51,980 bases of DNA from an uncultured Candidatus Saccharibacteria bacterium (GCA_964404565.1 CAYOKK010000002.1:1-51980); one strand, 5' to 3'; numbered from the stretch's first letter, positions 1 to 8,536 are shown. Made by a program: numbers and translations. Notes: generated by a model from the letters alone, not told the origin.

Positions 1-131
1 TTGTCTGCGCCGCGAATGAACTCGAAGATGCCGAAGGCGAAGAATATGAATGCGCCGAGAGCAAGAAGCGTGATCAGCGGGTCAAGTATCTCGGTCTTGA
101 TATTCTCAAGAAAGGTATCGAAAGTGTCCAT
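1..131 (-). CDS. VirB2/TrbC-like (T4SS-pilin family) small membrane protein, paralog 1; N-terminal part only, C-terminus lies left of the window
   Basis: Not in the ORF track because it is open at the window edge. Reverse-strand ATG at 129-131 reads MDTFDTFLENIKTEILDPLITLLALGAFIFFAFGIFEFIRGAD..., collinear with the N-terminus and first TM helix of the paralog at 670-1053. Confidence 0.5.
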   Translation of the reverse strand, partial: MDTFDTFLENIKTEILDPLITLLALGAFIFFAFGIFEFIRGAD

Positions 132-146
132 TGCTGATAATGATAG

Positions 147-179
147 CAGAAGGGCCGCGGCGAAGCCGCGGCCCTTCTG
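147..179 (-). terminator. GC-rich hairpin downstream of the 202-579 gene
   Basis: CAGAAGGGCCGCGG-cgaag-CCGCGGCCCTTCTG, a 14-bp perfect stem. No clean U-tract follows. Confidence 0.45.
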
Positions 180-201
180 GAAAACTGAGGAGAACGAATC
201 C

Positions 202-579
202 TTAGCCCGGGAGGTCAGCCTTCGGAAGGCCGTTGCCCTGAGTCGGCACGGAGTTGTCGAGCCGGATGGTACCCGTGAGGATGTGCACGAGGCCCCAGAT
301 GGAGATCATCACGAAGAAGCCGATGATGCCGTAGATCATGATCTGCTTACCCTTCGCGCGCTTCTCCTCATTCGCCGCGCCGGCGATGAAGTACATGAAG
401 ATGCCGATGATGAAGACGACGAATGCCAGCGCGAATACCAGCGGCACGATGATGTTGTTGATGAACTCGGTGACGTACACCGCGAGCTCCTGCGCGCTAT
501 CGACCGTGTTGCTGGTCGACTGCGCGAAGGCGAGAGCCGGGAGGAAGAACGTGAGGCCGGCAAGGGCGAACTTTTTCAT
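202..579 (-). CDS. VirB2/TrbC-like (T4SS-pilin family) small membrane protein, paralog 2, with signal peptide
   Basis: 125 aa. Signal peptide MKKFALAGLTFFLPALAFA, then two hydrophobic helices joined by a charged loop (FIAGAANEEKRAKGKQIMIYGIIGFFVMISIWGLV). This architecture is typical of CPR pilin-like proteins. Confidence 0.7.
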   Translation of the reverse strand: MKKFALAGLTFFLPALAFAQSTSNTVDSAQELAVYVTEFINNIIVPLVFALAFVVFIIGIFMYFIAGAANEEKRAKGKQIMIYGIIGFFVMISIWGLVHILTGTIRLDNSVPTQGNGLPKADLPG

Positions 580-614
580 AGATAATATGCGGATTCGGTG
601 AATAGTACTCCTTA

Positions 615-643
615 AGGATAGAACTAGACTATAGGCGAGTCAA
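615..643 (-). promoter_or_regulatory. Candidate sigma70-like promoter upstream of the 202-579 gene
   Basis: The reverse strand reads TTGACT-17 nt-TATCCT in the only AT-rich gap of the array. Confidence 0.3.
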
Positions 644-669
644 TGCGCTCCCTGTCTGCCTGTGGACAG

Positions 670-1053
670 CTAATATATTCCTTGGAAGTTCGGATCGACT
701 GGCTGCTCGGGAAGCAGGTTGGTAGGCTCTGAGTTCGTATTACTGCCCCCGTTATTGCACTTACCATCGCCAGAGAACGTTGGGAGGCACGGACGCGTAT
801 TTGAATCGAAACCGAACGTCCCTACGAGAAGGTTCACTAAGCCCCAAACCGAAATCATCACTGCAAAGCCGATAAGCGAATACATGACGAGCTGCTGACC
901 GTTTTTACGGCTTTCGGGATTCGCTGCTCCTGCAATAAGGTAGCGGAATACGCCGAAGAGAAAGACGATGAAGGCGACCGCAAATATGAGCGGCACTAAA
1001 ACATTGTTGATGAAATTTACGATGTCCGTAGCGAATGACGTGAGTTTATCCAT
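670..1053 (-). CDS. VirB2/TrbC-like (T4SS-pilin family) small membrane protein, paralog 3, no signal peptide, Cys-containing tail
   Basis: ATG at 1051-1053 (the track start at 1059 is TTG). MDKLTSFATDIVNFINNVLVPLIFAVAFIVFLFGVFRYLIAGAANPESRKNGQQLVMYSLIGFAVMISVWGLV aligns closely to paralog 2. Confidence 0.7.
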   Translation of the reverse strand: MDKLTSFATDIVNFINNVLVPLIFAVAFIVFLFGVFRYLIAGAANPESRKNGQQLVMYSLIGFAVMISVWGLVNLLVGTFGFDSNTRPCLPTFSGDGKCNNGGSNTNSEPTNLLPEQPVDPNFQGIY

Positions 1054-1071
1054 ACGCAAAGTATATCCCGG

Positions 1072-1392
1072 TTACGCGGCGAAGTCGGTAAGTATATTCA
1101 GAAGTACGTGCACAATGCCCCAGACGGCGAAGAGCACGAACAGGCCGATGATGCCGTAGATGGCGAACTTCTTCCCGCTATCCCGCTTCTCCGCATTGTG
1201 GGAGAAAAAGAACCGAACCATGCCGATGAGAAAGACGATGAAGCAGAGCGCATAGAGGAGCTCGATGAGCTTGTCGCCTAGCGGCGCGATCTCTTTATCG
1301 ACGATTTCCTTGAACGTTCTCGCTTCCGTAGCCAGCGGTATCGCTGTCAGAAGCGCTATTCCACCAATCCATACGCGACGATACAGCTTCAT
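1072..1392 (-). CDS. VirB2/TrbC-like (T4SS-pilin family) small membrane protein, paralog 4, with signal peptide
   Basis: I chose the internal ATG at 1390-1392 (MKLYRRVWIGGIALLTAIPLATEA...) because the longer track ORF would overlap the upstream gene. It has the same two-helix core (FIVFLIGMVRFFFSHNAEKRDSGKKFAIYGIIGLFVLFAVWGIV). Confidence 0.65.
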   Translation of the reverse strand: MKLYRRVWIGGIALLTAIPLATEARTFKEIVDKEIAPLGDKLIELLYALCFIVFLIGMVRFFFSHNAEKRDSGKKFAIYGIIGLFVLFAVWGIVHVLLNILTDFAA

Positions 1393-1394
1393 AC

Positions 1395-1853
1395 TTATGG
1401 CGTGAGCGACCCGACAGTCGAGGTTATTACTTCCTTTATAGCCGTCGCGCCCAAGAGTATGAGGCCGCCGATGACCGTCCACATGAGCGCCGTGCGCGCG
1501 CTGCGGATTTTCTCCTCATTTCCGCGCGCCGCGACGAACTTGAATCCTGTCCAGATAAGAGCAAGCGTTAGGATGACGCTTCCGAGCTTTATGACCGCCG
1601 CTAGGATGCCATCGAGCAATTCATCGAGCGAATTGAATTTAAGCGGATTGGCGAGCGTTTGACCGCTAGTTTGCATACCCGCAGCATCAGAATCTGACGT
1701 GTTAGGTCCGACTGTTTGTGATTGGAGCGGAGAAGAATTTCCTTGCGCTGCGTGCAAGGGTGTTGCAATCGAGAAGGTCCCGGCTATCGCGAGCATAAAC
1801 ATCAGCAGCGATATCGTAAGTGACCGCATCGTATATGTACTAGAACGCTGCAT
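1395..1853 (-). CDS. VirB2/TrbC-like small membrane protein, paralog 5 (more divergent), with signal peptide
   Basis: 152 aa. Signal peptide MRSLTISLLMFMLAIAGTFSIATPLHA, with an alternative start at 1829. Two C-terminal TM helices are joined by ARGNEEKIRSAR. Its stop lies 2 nt from the start of the next paralog. Confidence 0.6.
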   Translation of the reverse strand: MQRSSTYTMRSLTISLLMFMLAIAGTFSIATPLHAAQGNSSPLQSQTVGPNTSDSDAAGMQTSGQTLANPLKFNSLDELLDGILAAVIKLGSVILTLALIWTGFKFVAARGNEEKIRSARTALMWTVIGGLILLGATAIKEVITSTVGSLTP

Positions 1854-3132
1854 CGATAGATTGGTTAGCCTCGCTGAGCGCCTGCCCGATGGTCGTGCGC
1901 CCGCTCGTTATAGAGCTAATCATAGTACTGAAGATGCGGTCTGTGTCGGCAGGCGATGGGGATAGCCAGCCGCGCGCGATGAGCGCCTGCGGATAGTAAA
2001 CGGGTGCGTAGCGGTCGTCGGCAGCAGGCGTGAGCGATGCTCGGGTTGCCGGTGCCATGAAGAGCGACTGGGCGACCGTAGCGGCAAGCGAGGGATTCGC
2101 GAGCGCGAAGGCGACCGTCTCGGCACCGATGATATTCTTCGACGCCTTCGGCACCGCAAAGGCGTATGCCTTGCCGTAGGTGAGCTTCTGCGCGCTCGTC
2201 TGCGGCTGCGGTATCGGCGCCATATCGAAGTCGAGATTCGGATTCGCCGCCGCAAGCCCCGGGAGCTCGGAAGCGAAGCCCGGATAGAAAGCAAGATTTC
2301 CCGCCAAGAATGCCTGCCGTGCGGAAGAGATGGCGCGGTTCCAAGAATATACCGTCTTAACAGGGTCAGAGAATTGCGTGTAGAACGCCAGAGCAGATTC
2401 TGCCGGCGCAACGCCCGAAGAGCCGCCATTCGTAAGCTGGCCTTGAATAGCCCCGTTGGAAACGGTCGTAATAGGATTCCCTGCCTGGAGCAGCAAGAGC
2501 GAAACGATGGCGCGCGCATCCTCGACGTTCTCATACGTGCCGAACGGAATCGTGCTCACCGCTACCGCTCCGCCAGAGGTCTGGCTTAGGCGCTCGGCCA
2601 GGCCGGTTACCGCTTCCCACGAGGTCGGCGGAGTCGCGACGCCACCTGCAGAGAGCATCGTACGGTTATAGAAAAGGACGAGCGGGTCGACAGCCAGCGG
2701 AATGCCGTACGTACCGTCAGCAGCGAGGAAAAGCTCGTCTATCGGAAGGTACGAATCAAGGTACGTGCGCTCTGAGATAGCAGAGAACGGAACGACCATG
2801 AGCTTGTTCTGCTCGGTGGCGAGCTGTTCCTGGGTAATGAGCACCAGATCGGGACCGCTGCCCGATGCGATCGCTTCAGCAAGGTCGGTGTCGAACGTTC
2901 CCTCTTGGCGCTGTACGTACGTCACGCCCGCATAGTCCTGGCTTTGTGAACGCAGCGCGTTCAGCACAGGAGTCATGCTGCTCTGCGGCAGCGTTCCCCA
3001 TATCGTCACTGATCCGACGTTCGAAGACGAGCTGCCGAAGCCGCCGAAATTGGCGAAGAGGACGAGCCCGAGCAGCAGCAAGAAGCCGAAGACGACGAGC
3101 AGGATTATCTGAAATGGCTTCATCGAGGACAT
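1840..3132 (-). CDS. Extracellular solute-binding protein (ABC family-1 type), membrane-anchored, with no cognate permease or ATPase nearby
   Basis: 430 aa with an N-terminal TM anchor (FQIILLVVFGFLLLLGLVLF), then a periplasmic-binding-protein-like sequence (VTIWGTLP..., LVLFYNRTML, FLAGNLAFYPG). It overlaps the next gene by 14 nt. Confidence 0.65.
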   Translation of the reverse strand: MSSMKPFQIILLVVFGFLLLLGLVLFANFGGFGSSSSNVGSVTIWGTLPQSSMTPVLNALRSQSQDYAGVTYVQRQEGTFDTDLAEAIASGSGPDLVLITQEQLATEQNKLMVVPFSAISERTYLDSYLPIDELFLAADGTYGIPLAVDPLVLFYNRTMLSAGGVATPPTSWEAVTGLAERLSQTSGGAVAVSTIPFGTYENVEDARAIVSLLLLQAGNPITTVSNGAIQGQLTNGGSSGVAPAESALAFYTQFSDPVKTVYSWNRAISSARQAFLAGNLAFYPGFASELPGLAAANPNLDFDMAPIPQPQTSAQKLTYGKAYAFAVPKASKNIIGAETVAFALANPSLAATVAQSLFMAPATRASLTPAADDRYAPVYYPQALIARGWLSPSPADTDRIFSTMISSITSGRTTIGQALSEANQSIDAAF

Positions 3133-3144
3133 ATTCGTGAGAAA

Positions 3145-3681
3145 TCAGCATTCAGGCGATGTAAAGACGATAGCATAGTGGTGCGCACCCGCGCGGAAGT
3201 CCTTCACCTTATGGAAGCCGCCGGTGATGAAAAGCTCCTCTGCAGCATGCTCGGAAACGACCTGGCCCGGATGCGGCCCCATGCCGCCGTATGCGCCCGC
3301 CCAATCCACGACGAGAAGCTTTCCTCCCGGCTTCAGGATACGGAACACCTCGGCACTAAGATCCTTCTTCTGATCGACTTGGAAGAGGACATTCGAAAGG
3401 ATCGCCGCGTCCATGGAATGGTCGCGCAGCTTAGTTCCTCCGCGCCGCTCGATGTCGCCCCAGACCATCTCGACATTGCGCAGCCCCATGCGTCGCGCAG
3501 AATCGACGAGGTGCTTGAGCACATCTTCTTGAAGGTCGACGGCGTATACGCGCCCGTCATGACCGATGACGCCTGCCGCCGCGAGGCTGTAGTGGCCGGA
3601 GCCTGCGCCGAGATCGGCGACCCGCATACCCTCGCGCAAGCCGAGCTGCAGCACGTTGCTCTTCGGGTCTGCAAAGTTCAT
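3145..3681 (-). CDS. Class I SAM-dependent methyltransferase
   Basis: 178 aa with SAM-binding motif I VADLGAGSGHYS and post-I/II motifs (VYAVDL, ILKPGGKLLVVDW). Confidence 0.75.
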   Translation of the reverse strand: MNFADPKSNVLQLGLREGMRVADLGAGSGHYSLAAAGVIGHDGRVYAVDLQEDVLKHLVDSARRMGLRNVEMVWGDIERRGGTKLRDHSMDAAILSNVLFQVDQKKDLSAEVFRILKPGGKLLVVDWAGAYGGMGPHPGQVVSEHAAEELFITGGFHKVKDFRAGAHHYAIVFTSPEC

Positions 3682-3699
3682 TACGTATAAAATACCATA

Positions 3700-3722
3700 G
3701 GGGCCGTCCTTCGGACGGCCCC
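3700..3722 (-). terminator. Hairpin terminator after the 3755-4111 gene
   Basis: GGGGCCGTCC-ttc-GGACGGCCCC, followed on the reverse strand by a T-rich stretch (TATGGTATTTTAT). Confidence 0.5.
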
Positions 3723-3754
3723 ATCAACATTTTAGATTTTAGCAGCACGCGTCT

Positions 3755-4111
3755 TCAGAACAAATCTCCCGTCGACGGCGCAAGAGAACCGCGCGGCGCG
3801 AAGAGCGCACGCATGGGCCGAGGTCCGATACTCTCGCGCTCGGCGATTCGCTGCGCGTGCGAGCCCGTCCGTACGGACATGCGCAGCAGCGCCTCGCGTT
3901 CGAAGGTTGCCTGCACATCCCTCACCGTGCTGGACTCGTCGACCCGGAGGACGACGCCGCCGTACTCGCATTCGACAGGCCCGGCTTTCCGGAACCGCGC
4001 CACTGCGATGAGGTATCTGGCGACATCCTCGATGTAGCCAGGAATAGCTTCACGCAATGCGTTGAGCATGCGCTCTGCATGTTCTGCCTGTACGCTTTCT
4101 TCGGTATTCAT
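3755..4111 (-). CDS. Hypothetical protein
   Basis: ATG at 4109-4111 is preceded by GGAGAA at SD spacing. 118 aa (MNTEESVQAEHAERMLNALREAIPGY...). I recognised no family. Confidence 0.5.
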   Translation of the reverse strand: MNTEESVQAEHAERMLNALREAIPGYIEDVARYLIAVARFRKAGPVECEYGGVVLRVDESSTVRDVQATFEREALLRMSVRTGSHAQRIAERESIGPRPMRALFAPRGSLAPSTGDLF

Positions 4112-4128
4112 CCCGCTTCTCCCCACAT

Positions 4129-4169
4129 AAAAGAGCCAGTCCTCGTTGTATCACGAGGACTGGCTCTTT
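4129..4169 (-). terminator. Rho-independent terminator after gyrA
   Basis: AAAAGAGCCAGTCCTCG-ttgtatca-CGAGGACTGGCTCTTT, a 16-bp stem flanked by A/T runs. Confidence 0.65.
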
Positions 4170-4199
4170 GGAAGAGGTCTCTGGTGCGCGCCGGCGCTC

Positions 4200-6668
4200 C
4201 TACAGCGCGACCATCGAGGCGATCTCATCCCCTTCGCGCATCTTCATGATGCGCACGCCCTGCGTCGCGCGCGAGAGGCTCGGTATCTCATCGGCAGAGA
4301 TGCGGATGACCTGGCCTTTCTTCGAGATCACGACGATCTCCTGCTCCTTCAGCTCGTCATCCGTAAGCACGGTCGCGCCGATGATCTCGCCGGTCTTCGC
4401 GGTGACGTCCGCGGTCTTTATGCCGGAACCCCCGCGCCCCTGTATCTTGTATTCGCTGAGCGCGGTCTTCTTCCCGTAGCCGTTAGCCATCACGACCAGG
4501 AGCGACGCGCGCTTGGCGTCGCCGGTCACGACTTCCGCAGACACGACGCGGTCGTCGCCCTTGAGCGCCATGCCGCGCACGCCGGCAGCGGTGCGGCCCA
4601 TGGCGCGCGTCGCCGCTTCCTCGAAGCGGATGCTCTGGCCTTGCGCGGTCACTATGGAAATACTGTCTTCGGCTGCGGCAAGGTACGCAGACACGAGCCG
4701 GTCGCCATCCTTGAGATTGATCGCGATGATTCCGGAGCGGCGCACATCGGCGAACGCTTTCGCCTCCACCTTCTTCACAGTGCCGTTTTCCGTCGCCAAG
4801 AAGACCGAGAGCGCGTCTCGCGCGGCGCCCTTCGGCGTCGCCAGCACGCTGGTCACTTTCTCATCGCCCGCGAGCGAGAGGAAGTTCATGATGGATTTCC
4901 CTTTAGTCGCGCGGCGGCCTTCTGGGATGTCGTACATCTTCGTCTGATATACCTTTCCTTTGTCAGTGAAGAAGAGCAGGTCGCAGTGCGCGGATGCCTT
5001 GAGGAAGTGCGTCACGACGTCCTCTTCCTTGGTAGACATATCTATGACGCCGACGCCGCCGCGCTTCTGCGCCTTGTACTCATCCGGGTTCGTGCGCTTC
5101 ACGTATCCGCCGGCCGTAAGCACGAGCACGCTGTCCTCGTCCGGCACGAGGTCTTCTACGGAAATGTTCTTTACGCCGCCCTTTACAATCTTCGTGCGGC
5201 GGTCGTCGCCGTACTTCTCAGAAACCTCGACGAGCTCGTCACGCACCACCGCGCGGATGTTCTTCGAGCTCGAAAGGATCTTCTTGAGCTTGGCGATGAG
5301 CTTCTGGATCTCGGCGAGCTCGTCTTCGATCTTCTTGCGCTCGAGGCCGGAAAGGGTCTGCAGGCGCATCGCGAGGATGGCCGCCGTCTGGCGCTCAGAG
5401 AACTTGAACTTCTTGATGAGATTCAGCGATGCATCCTGCACGTCCTTGGACTTCTTGATGATGGCGATGATCTCGTCGATATGGTCGAGCGCCTTGGAAA
5501 GGCCGAGAAGGATATGCTCGCGCTCCTCCGCCTTGCGCAATTCATACTCGGTGCGGCGCTTCACGACCTGCTCGCGATGCTTTATGAACTCAACGAGCAT
5601 TCCCTTCAGAGAGAGGGTCTGCGGCACGCCGTCGACCAGCGCGAGCATGTTGTAGTGGAAGGTGCTCTCAAGCTCGGTATGCTTGTAGAGAGAGTTGAGA
5701 ACGGCTTGCGGGTGCGCCGTACCCTTGAGCTCGACGACGATGCGTATGTCAGAGGTGGACTCGTCACGCAGGTCCTTCACTCCCTCCAGCTTCTTGTCGC
5801 GCACGAGATCGGCGATGCGCGTGATGAGATCCGCCTTGTTCACGCGGAATGGTATCGAGGTGATGACGATATTCGTTCCTTTCTTGTCCTCGACGATCTC
5901 AGCCTCGCCGCGCACGACGACGCCGCCCTTCCCGTTCGTGTACGCATGCTTGATGTCTGCCTGGTTGAACGCGATGCCGCCCATCGGGAAGTCAGGCCCT
6001 TTTACGAACTGGAGCAGGTCTTCCGTCGTTGCGCCTTCATTGTCGATGAGATGCGTCGTCGCCTCGACCACCTCCCGCAGGTTATGCGGCGGAATGTTCG
6101 TGGCCATGCCCACCGCAATGCCGAGCGCGCCGTTCAAGAGGAGGTTCGGGACTGCTGCAGGAAGCACCGTCGGCTCCTGCTTGCTGCCGTCGAAGTTCGG
6201 CGCCCAGTCAACAGTATCTTTCTCGAGATCTCGCAGCAGCTCCTCGGCGATGCGCGACATGCGCGCCTCGGTATAGCGGTAGGCAGCAGCTGGGTCTCCG
6301 TCGATAGAGCCGAAGTTTCCCTGACCCTGCACGAGCGGATACCGTGTCGAGAAATCCTGCGCGAGCTTCACCATCGCGTCGTAGACGGAAGCGTCGCCAT
6401 GCGGATGGTAGGAACCGAGCACCTCGCCGACTACCGTCGCGGACTTGCGGAACTTCGCCGTCGGCGTGAGGCCGGTCTGGCGCATGGCGTAGAGGATGCG
6501 GCGGTGCACCGGCTTCAGGCCGTCGCGCACGTCAGGCAGGGCGCGCGAGGTGATGACGGACATGGCGTAATCCAGGTACGACGAACGCATCTCAGCCGCG
6601 ATGGGCTGGTCGATGATAGTCTGCCCTGCCGGGCGCTCTTCAGGAGCTGGTGCGGGTTTCTTTGCCAT
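4200..6668 (-). CDS. gyrA: DNA gyrase subunit A
   Basis: 822 aa with [31 protein letters not shown], the catalytic-Tyr region [11 protein letters not shown], and C-terminal beta-pinwheel repeats. Confidence 0.97.
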   Translation of the reverse strand: MAKKPAPAPEERPAGQTIIDQPIAAEMRSSYLDYAMSVITSRALPDVRDGLKPVHRRILYAMRQTGLTPTAKFRKSATVVGEVLGSYHPHGDASVYDAMVKLAQDFSTRYPLVQGQGNFGSIDGDPAAAYRYTEARMSRIAEELLRDLEKDTVDWAPNFDGSKQEPTVLPAAVPNLLLNGALGIAVGMATNIPPHNLREVVEATTHLIDNEGATTEDLLQFVKGPDFPMGGIAFNQADIKHAYTNGKGGVVVRGEAEIVEDKKGTNIVITSIPFRVNKADLITRIADLVRDKKLEGVKDLRDESTSDIRIVVELKGTAHPQAVLNSLYKHTELESTFHYNMLALVDGVPQTLSLKGMLVEFIKHREQVVKRRTEYELRKAEEREHILLGLSKALDHIDEIIAIIKKSKDVQDASLNLIKKFKFSERQTAAILAMRLQTLSGLERKKIEDELAEIQKLIAKLKKILSSSKNIRAVVRDELVEVSEKYGDDRRTKIVKGGVKNISVEDLVPDEDSVLVLTAGGYVKRTNPDEYKAQKRGGVGVIDMSTKEEDVVTHFLKASAHCDLLFFTDKGKVYQTKMYDIPEGRRATKGKSIMNFLSLAGDEKVTSVLATPKGAARDALSVFLATENGTVKKVEAKAFADVRRSGIIAINLKDGDRLVSAYLAAAEDSISIVTAQGQSIRFEEAATRAMGRTAAGVRGMALKGDDRVVSAEVVTGDAKRASLLVVMANGYGKKTALSEYKIQGRGGSGIKTADVTAKTGEIIGATVLTDDELKEQEIVVISKKGQVIRISADEIPSLSRATQGVRIMKMREGDEIASMVAL

Positions 6669-6674
6669 TGTGTA

Positions 6675-7034
6675 TTAAAAAGGAATAACGGTCGCAGACG
6701 GGTTCACGGCGGGCGCGGTATCGAAGGAAGAAGAGGTCTGCCCGTCGATGATGGTGAGAGACGGCTCTGAACTCGTCGCGCCCGTGGCGGCGCCGACCGC
6801 GCCCATGAGCTGCGAGAAGTTCGACTCGACGTTCGTGCCAGACAGCGCGAACGCATCGGGCTCTGAAGCTGCGGAACCAGCTTCAGGCGTGCCGAGCGCG
6901 AACGTGCCGGACGCAGCCATCGTACCAGCCCAAACCACGGCGATAAGGCCGGTTACGCCTGCGCTCGTCGCTACCGCGATCCGCTGGCGCACAGGTTCAG
7001 GCTTCTGCTTCAGTCGCGTGATGAAATCCTTCAT
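6675..7034 (-). CDS. Hypothetical membrane-anchored protein
   Basis: 119 aa with one N-terminal TM helix (IAVATSAGVTGLIAVVWAGTMAA) and an Ala/Ser/Gly/Thr-rich tail. It is packed between the MBL-fold gene and gyrA with 6- and 12-nt gaps. Confidence 0.5.
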   Translation of the reverse strand: MKDFITRLKQKPEPVRQRIAVATSAGVTGLIAVVWAGTMAASGTFALGTPEAGSAASEPDAFALSGTNVESNFSQLMGAVGAATGATSSEPSLTIIDGQTSSSFDTAPAVNPSATVIPF

Positions 7035-7046
7035 AAGCGCTATATG

Positions 7047-7688
7047 CTACGGCGTTACTACTATGATAGCACCGTCTTTCCCGGCCATGTCCTTCTTCTT
7101 GAGCGTAAGCTTGTCGACAGTCTCTGCTTCTTCGCTCTCTTCTTTGAGGAACCGGTCGAGCGCTTTCGGCTCCCCTACGCCGCTCCAGTGCATCGGAATG
7201 ACCACCTTCGGCTCGAGCATAGTCGCCAGCTTGCTAGCCGCCGCCGCATCGAGCACGCCGTCGCCCCCGACCGGTACGAAAAGCACGTCTATCTCGTCGA
7301 TCGCCTCTTTCGCGTCTGCCGGCAGCGCAGTGTCTGACAGCGCGCCCAGGTGCACGAGGGTCATGCCCTCGAGCTCGACACTATATATGGTATTCACGGC
7401 ATGCTCCTGGCCCTTCGCCAAGCCGTACTCGCTCTTGGTCAGGAATCCGCGGATCGTGATCCCGTCCTTCTCATACTCCCCCGGACCAGCGATAACGAAG
7501 GGCTCCTTGCCGCCGAAAGAAACTTCATCAGCCCCGTTCATATTCGGATGATTCCGGCTCACGAGCGCTATGTCTGCGCCGAAACGTACGGCCGGCAGCG
7601 TACCGCCCTTGGATACGGGGTCGAAGACGAGCGTAAGGTCCCCGAAGGTCACCTTGAAGCACTGGGCCCCGTGATGCGTGATTATCAT
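7047..7688 (-). CDS. MBL-fold (UPF0173/Lactamase_B_3-like) protein with a degenerate metal-binding motif
   Basis: 213 aa. MIITHHGAQCFKVTFGDLTLVFDP... resembles UPF0173 metal-dependent hydrolases, but the HxHxDH position reads SRNHPNMNG. Confidence 0.55.
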   Translation of the reverse strand: MIITHHGAQCFKVTFGDLTLVFDPVSKGGTLPAVRFGADIALVSRNHPNMNGADEVSFGGKEPFVIAGPGEYEKDGITIRGFLTKSEYGLAKGQEHAVNTIYSVELEGMTLVHLGALSDTALPADAKEAIDEIDVLFVPVGGDGVLDAAAASKLATMLEPKVVIPMHWSGVGEPKALDRFLKEESEEAETVDKLTLKKKDMAGKDGAIIVVTP

Positions 7689-7921
7689 GATTCCTTCATT
7701 TTATCATGTTTTATGCACAGGCACACCAGGATAAAACGTGCCGATGTACGTACCTGTGCTAGGCTCTAAAGGTGCCGCGCAAGTGTTGCGCAGCATGCAG
7801 TATCACCTTCAGCAGCAGAGGAGAAGCATATGAAAGGCGGAGGTCACTGATTGCCGATATAGGCAATCGCCATCATCAATGGACTCCTTAAGTCGCATCT
7901 CGGATCGTACGACGGAGCCCG

Positions 7922-7960
7922 GAGGGAGTAGACGTATCAGGAAAATGCGCCTACTCCCTC
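7922..7960 (+). terminator. Orphan forward-strand hairpin in a gene-free spacer
   Basis: GAGGGAGTAG-N19-CTACTCCCTC followed by tgtatccctctattattttc. There is no forward-strand gene upstream. Confidence 0.3.
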
Positions 7961-8011
7961 TGTATCCCTCTATTATTTTCTCAGCTCATATCTGCCGCAG
8001 CTCTTTCCGAC

Positions 8012-8041
8012 AAAGTCCGCGCTTCTGCGGGCTTTTTCTTT
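8012..8041 (+). terminator. Orphan forward-strand intrinsic-terminator-like hairpin
   Basis: AAAGTCCGC-gcttct-GCGGGCTTT (9 bp including one G-U pair) followed by TTCTTT. Confidence 0.35.
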
Positions 8042-8162
8042 ATCCACACCACAGTTAGAGGAACTTGACAATGTAGTTCGATTTGTGGTATCTTTCTTTC
8101 GTCAGGTCTTAGGGTATTCGGCCCTAAAGATAGCTGGCATGTACCACACAGGAGAGGACGAC

Positions 8163-8450
8163 ATGCGATTGCGACCTTTCGCATTCATCGCGACAGCGCT
8201 CCTTGCGCTCGTCACGATGGCGATCTCGCCCCTGGCCTCCGCGACCGAACGGATCGCCACGGAGTCGGGCGAGATGAGCAGCAAGACGGCAGCGTCGACG
8301 CGCGATGCGCGGACGAACAACACGGCGATCGACAACATCGCGACTGCGCGCAGCCAGCGCGGCGACCGTCCGGCGGACGGCATCACCGTGTATGCGCTGT
8401 ATATGGTGAAATCGACCGCGACGCCAGGCGCCGGCCGCACGATCGCCTGA
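8163..8450 (+). CDS. Small secreted hypothetical protein
   Basis: The internal ATG at 8163 is preceded by GGAGAGG. Signal peptide MRLRPFAFIATALLALVTMAISPLASA. 95 aa. A strong terminator follows. Confidence 0.5.
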   Translation: MRLRPFAFIATALLALVTMAISPLASATERIATESGEMSSKTAASTRDARTNNTAIDNIATARSQRGDRPADGITVYALYMVKSTATPGAGRTIA

Positions 8451-8504
8451 TCGTCGGTGCGCCGCCCTCCTCCAACCCGCTCTCGCCTAGCGAGAGCCTC
8501 AACC

Positions 8505-8536
8505 GGGTCCGTTTACCCTCACAGGTAAACGGACCC
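8505..8536 (+). terminator. Rho-independent terminator
   Basis: GGGTCCGTTTACC-ctcaca-GGTAAACGGACCC followed by ATTTCATTTCTATTCCTTTTT. Confidence 0.7.

Noticed and set aside
1-585. A 194-aa forward ORF sits at the left edge.
   Set aside because: It overlaps two reverse-strand pilin-like genes and their terminator hairpin. Its sequence is Asp/Arg/His-rich and not protein-like.
4146-6770. An 874-aa forward ORF spans the whole of gyrA on the opposite strand.
   Set aside because: It is exactly antisense to a well-supported gyrA. Its composition is Arg/Leu/Ala/His/Asp-rich, as expected for a shadow frame in GC-rich DNA, and it has no recognisable domain or start context.
7745-7815. An SRP-RNA-like string (GTGCTAGG ... 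GCGCAAGTGTTGCGCAGCA) lies in the long spacer.
   Set aside because: It lacks the conserved helix-8 GNRA tetraloop and the symmetric and asymmetric loop pattern (AGG...GGAA...AGCA). I judged the resemblance superficial.
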